64,000 nucleotides of DNA from the human T2T-CHM13v2.0 reference genome, Homo sapiens. The position numbers were made by a program, and so were the translations under genes. The stretch is taken from NCBI RefSeq assembly GCF_009914755.1, contig NC_060927.1; one strand, written 5' to 3'. Below the pieces are notes generated by a model that was given only the letters and a program-made list of their open reading frames with translations, ran no database searches and had not been told where the DNA came from. Position 1 is the first letter of the stretch; each line of letters starts with the position of its first letter. Below, piece by piece: positions 14,752 to 26,464 of the stretch.

Positions 14752-15085
14752 CATTTTAATAAACTTTATTTTTATAGAAGTTTTAAACTCACATCAAAAT
14801 TTAGCAGAAGGAACAGAGATTTCCCATATACCCCCATACATGCAGAGCTTCTCCAGTTATCAACATTTCCCACAGAGTTGTACCTTTATTACAATTGATG
14901 AACCGATATTGACACATTATTATCACACAAAGTCCATAGTTTATATTAGGGTTCACTTTTGGTGTTGTACATTCCTTGAGTTTCAACAAATGTATGACAT
15001 ATATCCAGTCTGCTAATATCATATAGGGTACCTTCACTGCCATAAAAATCCTGTTTGTGCCACCTGTTTACCCCTTCATTCTGCC
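14752..15085 (-). mobile_element. L1MC-type 3' UTR
   Basis: TTACAATTGATGAACCGATATTGACACATTATTATCAC...AAAGTCCATAGTTTATATTAGGGTTCAC is the antisense L1MC 3' end. Confidence 0.85.
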
Positions 15086-15295
15086 AATAGATTGATTTTT
15101 GAAATGTTAAAAAACCTTAATAATTGATATAATTTAATAGAAAATACCTTTACAATCAATAAAAACATATTATCTATATGACTTTTATACCTTTTAGAAA
15201 TTTTATATGATTTAGTATTCCTCACTTAATATGAATATATTCAATGACAAAACATTGTGTGACAAATTTTATAATTCATTGAAAACCTCTAGAGC

Positions 15296-15501
15296 AGGGC
15301 TGTCAAATTAAATTTTCTGTGATGAAAGAAATGTTCTATATCTTCCCTGTCGAATAGAATGTTACTAGCCACACGTGTCTATTGAGCACTTGATATGTGG
15401 TTTGTGTAACCAGGGAATAGATTTCTCAATTTTATCAAGTTTTAATTAATTTAAATTTAAAGAGTCATATCTGGCTTGTTCTACTATATTGGATATCACA
15501 G
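15296..15501. mobile_element. MER3 hAT-Charlie element
   Basis: CAGGGCTGTC...TTCTGTGATGAAAGAAATGTTCTATATC...CTAGCCACACGTGTCTATTGAGCACTTGA...ATATTGGA. Confidence 0.8.
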
Positions 15502-15651
15502 ATTTAGAAGGAAGTACAAAGTAGGAGAAAGAATACTTCTTCTTTCATACCTCATTGAAGGCTCCGTATGCTCCTTCTCAGAATATGGAGATGCTCTTTA
15601 ATAAAATAGTCTGCAAACATCAGGACACAGAAGAATTATCTGGAGAACTTG

Positions 15652-15950
15652 TGTTTTTTTGTTGTTGTTGTTGTTTGTTTGTTTGTTTTTTGACGGAGTC
15701 TTGCTCTGTCCCCCAGGCTGGAGTGCAATGGCGCGATCTTGGCTCACTGCAACCTCTGCCTCCTGTGTTCTAGCGATTCTCGTTCTAGCAATTCTCCTGC
15801 CTCAGCCTCCTGAGTAGCTTGGATTACAGGTGCCAGCCACCATGTCCGGCTAATTTTTGTATTTTTAGTAGAGATGGGGTTTCACTATGTTGGTCAATCT
15901 GGTCTCGAACTCCTGACCTCAGGTGATCCACCTGCCTCGGCCTCCCAAAG
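15652..15950 (-). mobile_element. AluSx-like, 5'-truncated by ~30 bp, with internal 15-bp tandem duplication
   Basis: (GTT)n/(GTTT)n tail; stops at CCTCCCAAAG; GGAGAA flanks; GTTCTAGC(G/A)ATTCTC twice at 15767-15796. Confidence 0.92.
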
Positions 15951-15977
15951 GAGAATTGGTTTTACGTGAAGATCTCT

Positions 15978-16200
15978 AGAATAATGACTTTCAAACATAT
16001 TTGCCTTTTTGCCCACAATTCATAGTAAGAAACAGATTTATTGTTACCCGCACACACACATAATATATGTATATTATTCATAAGTATACATATATTTTTA
16101 TGTGAACTCTGATCCTTTAAATTACATTTTACTTTATTTCATTTTTCAAAATCTGGTAGTGATCCACTAAAATGTGTCAGGACTCAATTGAAAAAACAGT
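15978..16200. mobile_element. Old hAT-Charlie-type element, subfamily uncertain
   Basis: TTTCAAAC...CAGTAAGAAA-like...GATCCACTAAA...TTGAAAAAACAGTG; a related copy appears inverted at ~20850-21020. Confidence 0.45.
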
Positions 16201-17489
16201 GTGCTCAATAGCCATAATTGAAGCTGCACACAGGACTCTAGGGCAGAGATACAGAAAGAACAAATTGAGAAAGTCTTTTTTTTACTCCACCCCTTTCCCA
16301 TGGCTAAGAAATGTCTGATTCAACAAAGTCACCAATGGCTCTTTTTTTCTCTTAAATGATTCAAGAATAAACTACATATTTATGTTGTAACTGCCTTAAA
16401 AATCAAACATAAATGTCCCATGAAAGAATTATTTTTATAAGTAAAATAGGCTTATCTTTTTAAAGTATGATGTTGATTTTGTCCAAAAATAGATGTTGTG
16501 GTGACTTTTCATGCTGAACTGTAAGTGAGTAGTTTTAAGGCACTCTAGGGTATGTAATGTTAGTTTTTAATGTATTCTTTCATTTTTATAGACCCAGAAA
16601 AGACAAGAAGATATTAAGAGCACACATATAGTCTATAAGTCTGTTCATTGTATGAACCTAAATATTTATTACAGACTCTTATGCCAAATAATACAGCAAT
16701 ATTTGTGTTTATTTGTTTAAAAGTAACCTGGAAAAGATTTCCGTTTACAACAATCTTAGTCTACTTTTTTTCTCCTGTTGGAATGGATCTTAATTTTATC
16801 CATGTGGGTTACGAATCTGAAGCAATTAAAATTAATGATTGTGTGGCGTAATAGTACAAGAGGCTATTTAATCCCTGGGGGATAAATGGTTCTTCATTAT
16901 TATTTATTATCCTCCTGTTTCTTGTTAAAATATGTAAATAAATAGAAGAGGGACAGCTTACAGGCATTTTCATTATTTTTTTATGTCACCGGGACACAGT
17001 TTAATACTCTCGTTATGCGTGGTCTATACACAGTTGGAATTCTGTATTCAGTGATATAACAGCTTCATAGAAATGTCTTAAATGTGTTGTGGAAGCATGT
17101 AAACCATCTTAAAGATCAATGCCTCATGGGTTTATTTGTGTGTGGCCAAAGCAAATCACCAATGTAGTTGTTCATGTTGCCATTTGCAGTTTGTAAAAGA
17201 CATGCCATGTGTGCACTAAATAGTGCATTTTCGGCTAGCTGTATTTGTAGCACAATGTCAGATTGAATTTGGAGATATGATTCACTCTCTTTGTTCCAGA
17301 GCAGATACAAATTATCATGGCATGAAGTAAATAGAGCTACTAGTGGTTAGGTCAGATGTTAAGAATGATGTGTGTGTTTCTTTGTGTCCCTAAGAATGCT
17401 ATGGTAACTTTTGGTCAGTAGATGGAGTTGCAGGTCCCAGACATGTTTGTTTTCTTTTGGATACTTTGGCCTTATTCAAAACAGAATAT

Positions 17490-17513
17490 AGATAGAAAGA
17501 TAGCTAGATAGAT

Positions 17514-17558
<45 letters not shown>
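17490..17558. repeat. GATA tetranucleotide STR, perfect (GATA)11 at 17514-17557
   Basis: Direct reading. Confidence 0.97.
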
Positions 17559-17613
17559 TTCAGGAGCCAACTAACAGTAATTCAGTTTTTCCATTCATTA
17601 ATTTAATAATGAA

Positions 17614-17811
17614 GTACATATATATAGTGTGTGTATATATATATAAATGGTATATATGTATATAGTATTGTGTATATATATATTTTCCTCCACCCTGCAC
17701 AAAAACAAAATGTATACATACATGCATTTGGTATGTGTTTGTGTATTTATATACATATACACACACATATATGTATATGAGTGTGTGTGTGTGTATGTGT
17801 GTATATATATA
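17614..17811. repeat. Degenerate (TA)/(TG)/(CA) low-complexity tract
   Basis: Direct reading. Confidence 0.85.
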
Positions 17812-17991
17812 GTAACTAGGAACCCAATTTAAGGCAAATTCTTTGTCGTCTCATATTATCGTAAGTAAATATTCCAGATCAATCAATATAAGTAGATTGC
17901 CATAAAGGATTTTGAATGTTTAACTTTTATGGAAAAATAACCTAAAGTTGAAAAATATAAAGTTTAATACTTCACTTAAAAATTGTAAAAT

Positions 17992-18256
17992 ACAGGGTCT
18001 CACTCTGTCACCCAGGTTGGAGTGCAGTGGCGTGATCACAACTCACTGCAGCCTTGACCTCCCAGGCTCAAGTGATCCTACTGCCTCTGCCTCCTGAGCA
18101 GCTGAGACTACAAGAGTGCACCACCATGCCTGGCTAATTTTGTATTTTGGGGGGTTTTGCCATGTTGCCCAGACTGGTCTCAAACTCGCTCAGGCTATCT
18201 GCCTGCCTCAGCCCCTCAAAGTGCGGGGATAACAGGCACGAGCCACTGTGCCCAGC
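17992..18256 (-). mobile_element. AluJ lacking its poly(A) tail
   Basis: CAGGGTCTCACTCTGTC...GCAGCCTTGACCTCCCAGGCTCAAG AluJ diagnostics; no T-run at left end. Confidence 0.9.
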
Positions 18257-18328
18257 AAGTACTGGTGGATAATTCTCAGTGAGATTTTCTTTTGTATGAA
18301 AATTTTTTATTTTAACCTTGAGAAAAGC

Positions 18329-18370
18329 AAAAAAAAAAAAAAAAAAAAAAAAAAGAGAGAGAGAGAGAGA
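18329..18370. repeat. A26 followed by (GA)8
   Basis: Direct reading. Confidence 0.95.
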
Positions 18371-18969
18371 GCCTAATTAGTAATGCATTAGCTCTATTTT
18401 AAAACCTATTAAAATTTAGTTCTTTGTCTTACATCTGATGGCAAAATTTTAAGCTCATGCGTGATTCATGCCTCTCTTACTGTGAAACATTTTGTTTAGC
18501 AAAGATCCAGGCAAAATTAGGTGACAGCATTAATCCTTTATTTCTCTCTACTAGCGTCTAATTTTTTGACTTTAGGTTAGAACTGAGCACATGTGCTTTG
18601 GCTGAAGGCTACTGATATTTTTGTTTTTAAACTTCTGAACAGTTTTTGGAACACCATGAGCATTTTACAAATGTCAGATAATTACAGTACTACAAAGTGT
18701 AAGGCAAGACCAACACCAACAGCGTTCTAGAAGAAATGTTTGAAACTTTACCCTTGCAAAGAGGAAACATAAGGAGAAGGATGAAAGCTAATGGAGTTAA
18801 GCACCAAACCCTCAAAAACTAGTAGATATATAAAAAAAATGGTTGTCAGTGTAAGTTTCTATTTGTCTCCCATTCTTTACACACCTGATTTTGTGAATTT
18901 TCTTGTACCAAAGAATTCATTTTTCCTGCTGCTAGTTTCTTAAAAATTATCCAGCCTGCTAGCCCGAGG

Positions 18970-19495
18970 TTTGCAATGTTTGCTTGCATATGAGAGAAAT
19001 AAACTAAAGCTGGTTAAGCCAAGAAACGTTTTATCCAGAGATTATTCAGGTGTCTTGAAACCTAAGAGCCAAAATTCAATTGTTCCAAAGGAAGAAACTA
19101 GAGCCAGGGGCCTCAAGCCTAGTGAACTATTTGCCATCTCTGCTCCCTGCTTCTCTCTGTCCACCTGCCTCATTCTCGTCTCTGTAGACTGGCTTTCTTT
19201 CCTTCACAGGGACATGGAAGAAAACATGGCCACTCCTCAGTTCTTGAGTTATATGTTACAAATCCAGCTGCATAAAGGGGGAGTAAATGAATCTCTATGA
19301 ATCCTAATCCCAAATTTTTAAAAAGGAGACTGAGCTGAAATAGGTCAAGTGCTGATCCTAGTCCAATCAAATATGTCAAGATGGTATCCCACTGTACAAA
19401 TGACTACAGAAAACTTTCTGCCCTGAGTGAAGAGGGAATTAGGGAAAAAGTATTGTGAATTGATCAGTCACTCCAAAATGCCCCAATTAGTGTTA
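18970..19495 (-). mobile_element. Probable old MaLR/ERVL-type LTR
   Basis: TTTGCTTGCATATGAGAGAAA...TTAAGCCAAGAAA...TTTAT resembles an antisense LTR 3' end; weak. Confidence 0.4.
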
Positions 19496-19498
19496 GAC

Positions 19499-19851
19499 TT
19501 TTTTTGTTTTTTTTTTCTTTTTCTTTCATTCTTTTTTTTTTTTCTTTCCTTTTATTTTTAGCTTTTTTTAGAGACAGGATCTCACTCTGTTGCCCAGGCT
19601 GGAGTACAGTGGCTCCATCCTGGCTCACTGTAGTCTTGAACTCCTGGGCTCAAGTGATCCTCTTGCCTCAGTTTCCCAAGCATCTGGGACTCCCGGTGCA
19701 CATACCATACTCGGCTAATTTTTAAATTTTTTGTAGAGACAGTGTCTCAGTATGTTGCCCAGGCTACTCTCAAACTCCTGGCTTTAAGCTATCCTTCTGC
19801 CTCTTCCTCTGAAAGTGCTGGGATTATAGGTGTAAGCCACTGCACCCAACC
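19499..19851 (-). mobile_element. AluJ with ~70-bp T-rich tail
   Basis: Complete antisense dimer with J diagnostics. Confidence 0.92.
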
Positions 19852-20173
19852 CTTGTGTTTTGTTTTTAACCATAACAATCACTTTAGTTTGTTTTAAAAT
19901 ATCAACAAATATTTATTGAAAGCTCAAAAACAGTAGAGTATCAGTCTAAGCATTAATGTATTTCTTTGTTGCCATTTTTCAAAATTACAAGTAAGCTTCA
20001 AAATTATGAATGGTGCCAGATAGAAAACTCCTAATTCCTGCTTCTATTCAGTGGTGGTAACTCAGCATCTATAATTTACATAATGGTTTCTTGTTAGTCC
20101 ACATGTTTAAAATTACGTCTATTTTAAGATCCTTGCTGTATATATAGTGCAAGGACATGCTGTTTTCCTGAAT

Positions 20174-20362
20174 CAGTGCTTCCCAAACTGTCTGGTGCCT
20201 CAGATTGACCTGGAGAATTTGTTAAAGCACAGATTGCCGACTCACACCCAGAGTTTCTGAACCAGTTAGTCTGGAGTGGAGCCTCAAGAATGTGCCTTTA
20301 CCAGTAAGTTACGATTTGGTGCTGAGAATGCTAGTCCTGGACCACAATTTGAGAAACCATTG
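20174..20362. mobile_element. MER5A
   Basis: CAGTGCTTCCCAAACT...TTTGAGAAACCATTG terminal inverted repeats, ~190 bp. Confidence 0.8.
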
Positions 20363-21429
20363 CCTTAAATAAAATTAAATTGAACTTCTCCAAGGTTGGC
20401 CAGTGAAATAAGGCTTTCCATGTTAAAGTCTTAGTTGTAACCACTGCCCTCCTGAAGTTGATCTTCCCTGAAGAGACCGTTTTACACACTAACACCAACA
20501 CTCTCCACAACACTGGCCTCACCAAGTACGCTTGAACATTTCAAATCAATTCATAATTTTTACCTTTGTTCTGAGAACTACACTTTGGACTACTTCAGAC
20601 TATGTAAACAAGGGATCACTCTGAATCAAGGGGAAATTATAAAGAAGAGAATATGCAACAAAGTAATCTGAATTACAAACTTTGTGTTATGTTTTATTTT
20701 CTGGCAGGGGAGGTGGTTGGGGAACACCATAAGAGATGACTTCTAGACTATCAATGAGACTTTATGTGGAGGACACCAGGAATTTCCTTGGCAAAACCAC
20801 TTTAACAGGGCGTAATATAAATCCCAAATCTATACAAGACAATGTTTTTTAAATAGTGGTTTGTGACATATTAGTGAGTGAGTAAATCAATTTAGTGGGT
20901 TATGTCTTTTTTTTAATATTAAATAGAATGGAAAATAGCAGAATAATTCTTAGGCCAATTATTATACTGTGAAACATGTTATACAATATAGGTCATGGTC
21001 ATAAAAATTTAGAGCAAACTACATTCAATAATTTTTTGAAGTGGATGAGATAATAATTATTAATTATTTTTGAAACATAATTATCTTGGAATGGGACTTC
21101 AGTACACTTTTGTGCAAAATGGTGATGATGGAGGAACAATGTTCCCACCACACCCATTCTACAGCCAGACTAGAGATAATTTATCAAACAGAGGAGGCAC
21201 CAGACATCCATATTAATTGATCCATATTAATTGACTAGGATTCTGCATCTTTCAAATATTTCAAAACTCATTGCACTTTTGAGCTGGATGGAACATCCAG
21301 AATCATTTTTTAAGGTGACTTTTAAAATACGTTTACAGAATTCTAAGAGTCTTAATGAGATTTCCAGGGCTCATAGTCCCTAGTCCTGTTTGAATTAAAG
21401 CTCTTTATCAAATTGATTCTAAGTCTTGT

Positions 21430-21590
21430 TGATGGTATTTACTGAGCTCTGACTGTGTTCCCGGCAATATTCATAATCATCCCATGAGGAAGGTAGTATT
21501 ATCACCCCATTTTTCAGTTGAGTAAACAAAGGCATAGTGAGTTTAAGTAAATTGCTAAGGTTCCAGATTATATTCTTAACCATTACACTA
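21430..21590 (-). mobile_element. MIR
   Basis: TATTTACTGAGC...ATTATCACCCCATTTTTCAGTTGAGTAAAC. Confidence 0.75.
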
Positions 21591-21949
21591 TAATTCTCAC
21601 AGCAAAACTACCGCAGAGCTCAAAACACACCCACTTAAAAAATATCCTTATTTATTCTAGCCACTTAATTTAAAAGGGCTTTTACACCTTACTGAAGTAA
21701 AATACTAGAACCAGATTCTAGTATTTTGGTTCTAGTATCTAGAACCAATACATCAGATTCAGGGCTAGAATTGTGATCTTCAGTTTGTTTAATATTATTC
21801 GCATTCAACAAGCATTTGAGCAAGATCTTGCCCATTGTCAGTACACTGGGCAACATCAATACGAGTTTCTGTATGGACTGAGCCATACTTGAGATTAGCC
21901 AAGGAGATGGCTATGGCTAACCTTCACAGTCTGCAAAACCTCCTGGCAG

Positions 21950-22090
21950 GCCCTCTTGTTCTTACTGTTTTATGAAGGAGAAAAGTAAAGCCCAACAAGG
22001 ATACATAGCTCTTCGTGTGTTACCTGTTAGTGAGGGTCACAGGCAGCCTTTCCATCCTAGACAACCTGCTTTCAAAGCAGTCATTCTGTT
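21950..22090 (-). mobile_element. MIR fragment
   Basis: GTTTTATGAAGGAGAAAAGTAAAGCCCA...AGGGTCACAG. Confidence 0.5.
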
Positions 22091-25000
22091 CACCTCATCC
22101 ATTGCTGTTTCGTTGGCCAGGTTCCCCATTGCCATATTACTTTGGGAATCAGAACATCCTACTTCAAGGGAAGCTTTTCCATTCACATGGAATTTATCCA
22201 AGCTTACAACACACTGTTACAACTTTAGGAGGAAACTTCCATTTTCTTTGAGTGTTTAAGTAGAGGAGGTAATTCGTAATGTTCTGACTTCCCTTCAGCA
22301 TGTGGCTCAAATAAATTAAGAAGAAACAATAAAATGTACCTTCAATGTCAGGATTCACTTGATTATGTGTATCAAATAAAAAACATCACTTTTATTAAAG
22401 CCCAAATTATGATACTTTCATCTCTTCCTTGCCCACTAGGAATTTAATTGCCTAGAATTCAGTTGTTTCAGTCTTCAAAACATTGCCATGTGTTAAGAAT
22501 TAAGTCTACTTACACTGCTTTCTTCTCAGGAGGCAATAAAATGTATGAGACTTTATTCTCATAAGTCTACTTGCACTGTTTTATTCTCATGAGGGAGTCA
22601 CTCCCTGTTCTATGACTGCTCCTTTCAGGATACCAGTGGTCATGCTGATTCCAGTTATCTCAAAGCTATCAACCCCTGAAATATTGGTGTGATTCGGAGC
22701 TCTGCACATTATTCACTTACATGCACCCTCCAACTTCATGCTGAATGCCATCACTTGGGTCTGAAAGTGTTATTACCCATTATAGTCTAATAAACATCCT
22801 TTTCAAATAATTCCTTCACCTGCTCATCTTCAGTGTCTAAACTCTTAGCCGTAGTCGCACACACCAACAAAGGAAACACACTTACTTCTATAAGGATCAG
22901 CAATAATCTTCAGGCATAGAGCATGCTTTCTCCAACTTAGAAACTTTTCTCTACAGGAGTTAGTATCTCTAGAAGGACAGTGAAACTCTAGATGCTCCAT
23001 AAAATAACCTCTTTGTTACTTGACAGAACAGATGAGCTCCTTAGAGCTACAATTGAATAAAAGTCTCATCCATTTTCAAAGAAGATGACTGCTTATATTC
23101 TCATAATAGAAGGTCTTCTTGGTGGTTTTCCCAGAACACAAGAACAATTTGCCCCAAAATGATTTCAAGGAGTTTTCAAGAAAGCTTTGAGATGATATTT
23201 TTTTTTTCCAACTTCTACTCAGCAAGGCTTTAAAAATTCTAGGACTGAATTTCATTTGAAGTACTTGGTCATAAATAACATTAGAGGAGTTCTAGGAAAT
23301 GATTTTACCTTTGATACCTCTAAATATATGTTGTAAAAAACCAGAAATATAATTTCAACCGTACATCTTGTAATAATGGGAAAATTGCTGAGACTTAGAT
23401 GATACAAATAATGGAAGTTTCATAGAATATGTTTGGAAAAAAATACTGACCTTTATTCTCCAACCACCACTTCATTTTTAACAAAGTCCTAATAACATTT
23501 TGGGAAGCTACTTCTTCATTTGCCTGCAGGAACAATTTGTAAGACAAAGGCATCAGTTTCCTTTCTAGTTATACCACATTTTGCCCAAAGCTGGTATTAC
23601 CCAGTGTGACCATTATTTTATTCACAAAAGTAGCTTCAATTGACCTTTCAATTGAAAGATTCTAAAGACCTGAATCCACCCTTGAAGAGTGAAAACATGT
23701 TACTAATAAGTAAACTGGGCAAAACATTTCAAAGTACAACAGCATTTTCAAAAGAAGAGTAAAAATTTGCGTTAAACAATGTAGTAACTGCCTGAATTTC
23801 TAGAGTCATTAATTTGAAGAAATAACAAACAGGTTTTTTTTTTTCTGGTATAACTAGATCTTGCAAAGCCCATCAAAGCAAAGAATCATAATAAGGAGTT
23901 ACGTGGTGGATACCTTAAACATTTTATTATTTTGAAACAGGCAAGTACATATTATTGTACCAATCTTTGATGCAAGACTGAGTATTTTCGTTTGTGACTT
24001 GGTCCACTGATGATGGTTCCTCTCCTTGTTTCTCATCTATAATACCCTGACTACAGATTTCCAGGTTCCATTTTTTTAGTGTAAAACCTTAAAGAAAATT
24101 TCTCATCAGGAATTTCTATTTATAATTTTTGCACCTTCACATCCAATTTACAGCAACTTGAATTTTTCCGTAACATTTAACTTAGTTTTCATAGCAAATG
24201 CTCTATTCACATTCGTTTTCATCTTTATAAGAAATAATTAATTTATATATGTAACAAATTCAACTGGCATAAACAATGTCAGGAATAGTTTTCGCAAGCA
24301 GACAACTCCAGGTATGGAGGCAAGGTGAGTTGATGAATCAGAGCGAATCCTACCTTCTTTTGGATTCTGTAGGTATTGAAAAGCAGTCAGTAGGTTTTAA
24401 AAAGGTAACAGAGAGCCATAGTTAATCCAGGAAGTTGAGTAAATCAAGGTTAGTTAATAAAATTTTAGTATTTTAATTAAGAAATTATCTTTGCATCTTG
24501 TGTAATGTGAAATGTATAAAGCATCAAATGTGAAAGTCACACAATGAGGGCAAGAAGGCTTTACCATCCTTTGCTGGAGGATGGTAAAGATGAATTCATG
24601 AGGTTAGTTGAACTTAAGTAATGGATAGATTTAAATACATACATGAAATGAAGAGAGAAAAGGTAAGACTTGACTTCTTCATTGTGACAACATGTCCATA
24701 TCCAGACATGTGTCAGATTAGCAGTGGGCCAGAATTAAATTCTGCTGAGTGGGCAGATGGGTGGACACTGGTCTTCTCCTGACTTTCTCTGAATCCCAGG
24801 TTATCCCGGGAGCCCAGTCAAGGACTCCATGTGTATTGTCTATGGTGTGGTACTCCAGCTGAGTGCACACTGCCTGTTCCCCACCCACCTCCACAGACAA
24901 TTCAATTCTACTTTGCATGTTGGGTGCAAATGAAAGATTTAATTGTACAGAGAATGCATCAGCAAAAGACTTTTGAAAAAACATTCTAAAATATTTTTCA

Positions 25001-25415
25001 TGGAGAGAAAGGGAAGAACAGATGAGAGCAAAATTGAAATGGGTTTTTGAATTGCAAAGCTAAAATTTTCTGGTTTAATTTCAAAGGTCTGAGGTGACCA
25101 GAAAAGTGTTGGGCTTGCAAGACAGACTAAACACTGAGAGGGTCAGCGAGAGGGAGATTAAATGACAACTCAGTACTAGAGTTAGAAACAGATTTTTTTC
25201 TTTGAAAAAAAAAAATCAGAAAATTGGGAATAGAAGTAAGTTTTGGATAAGAAACATAAACTCACCTTTAGATCCATTTAATTTGGTCAATATTAATTCA
25301 GCACCTACTCTGTGTCAGGAATTGAAGTTAAGTCATTATGTGATAAACTTCCAGAATGCTTGCAGTCTTGAGAAAAGATCAGTAACTAAAAGTCTACAAA
25401 GTAAAATGTATTGTA

Positions 25416-25620
25416 GGGGTTAAGAGGATAGTCCCCTGAGTCAAAAGCAGACATATATTGGTTTATATTCTGCACCCATGCATCTCTGACCTTGTTTCCT
25501 CATCAATAGAGTAATATGTACCTCATTACTATATTTTGAGGATTAAATAAAACAGATAATCCATGTACAACAGTTAGCTGAGTATCTGGCATATGGAAAG
25601 CATTGGTTAATATGATGATG
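25416..25620 (+). mobile_element. MIR
   Basis: GGTTAAGAG...TTTCCTCATC...TACCTCAT...TGAGGATTAAATAA...CTGGCATATG. Confidence 0.8.
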
Positions 25621-25662
25621 GTGGTGGTGACAAGGAAATGGGATGATGATGATGATGTACAG

Positions 25663-25815
25663 CAGTGGTCCTCAATGTAATTTTGCTTGTTAGGGGACAT
25701 TTGCCAATTTCTGGAGATGGTTCATGTAAAAACATCTTATAATGTACAGAATAACCTCCAAACAAATAATTTTCCAGTCCCAAATGACCATAGAGCTGCA
25801 CTTCGGAAACTCTGA
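25663..25815. mobile_element. MER20, internally deleted
   Basis: CAGTGGTCCTCAA...AGGGGACATTTGCCAATTTCTGGAGA...CCCAAATGACCATAG. Confidence 0.8.
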
Positions 25816-25899
25816 TGTAGAAAGAAATGCTATGACATGGATAAAAAGATGCCATAGAAATATGGGAGTCATGGATGAAAGTAGGAAAAGTTAAGGTAA

Positions 25900-26464
25900 C
25901 AGAATCACCTAGACAGATTTAAAAAAAAAAAAAAAAACAAGATTAGGGCCCTACTCAAAGGCATGAGACTCTTATGGGGAAGGAGGTTGAAATCAGTATT
26001 TTTTTAATTTTGAGATGGAGTCTTGCTCTGTTGCCCAGGCTGGAGTGCAGTGGCACGATCTCAGCTCAGTGCAGCCTCCGCCTCCTCGGTTCAAGTGATT
26101 CTCCTGCCTCAGCCGCCTGAGTAGTTGGGATTACAGTTGCCCACCACCATGCCCGGCTGATTTTTGTATTTTTAGTAGAGATAGGGTTTCACCATGTTGG
26201 CCAGGCTGGTCTCAAACTCCTGAACTCAAGTGATCCACCCTCCTCGGCCTCCCAAACTGCCGGGATTATAGGTGTGAGCCACCATGCTCGGATTAAAATC
26301 AGTATTTTTTAACACTTAAAATGTTAAGTGAATCATTTTTACTTAATGACTTGTAATCAGTAATTACTGTAATCCATATTTTTTAACACTTCCGGGAATC
26401 AGTCTTTTTTTTCTTTAATACTTCTCAGATTATTCTAGTGGTACCACAAGTTGAGAACTGCTGC
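25900..26464. mobile_element. MER5-type element interrupted by Alu
   Basis: AGAATCACCT...GGGCCC... and GATTATTCT...GTTGAGAACTGCTG ends. Confidence 0.55.
25999..26292 (-). mobile_element. AluS, full length
   Basis: Antisense dimer; AAATCAGTATTTTTT on both sides. Confidence 0.95.
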
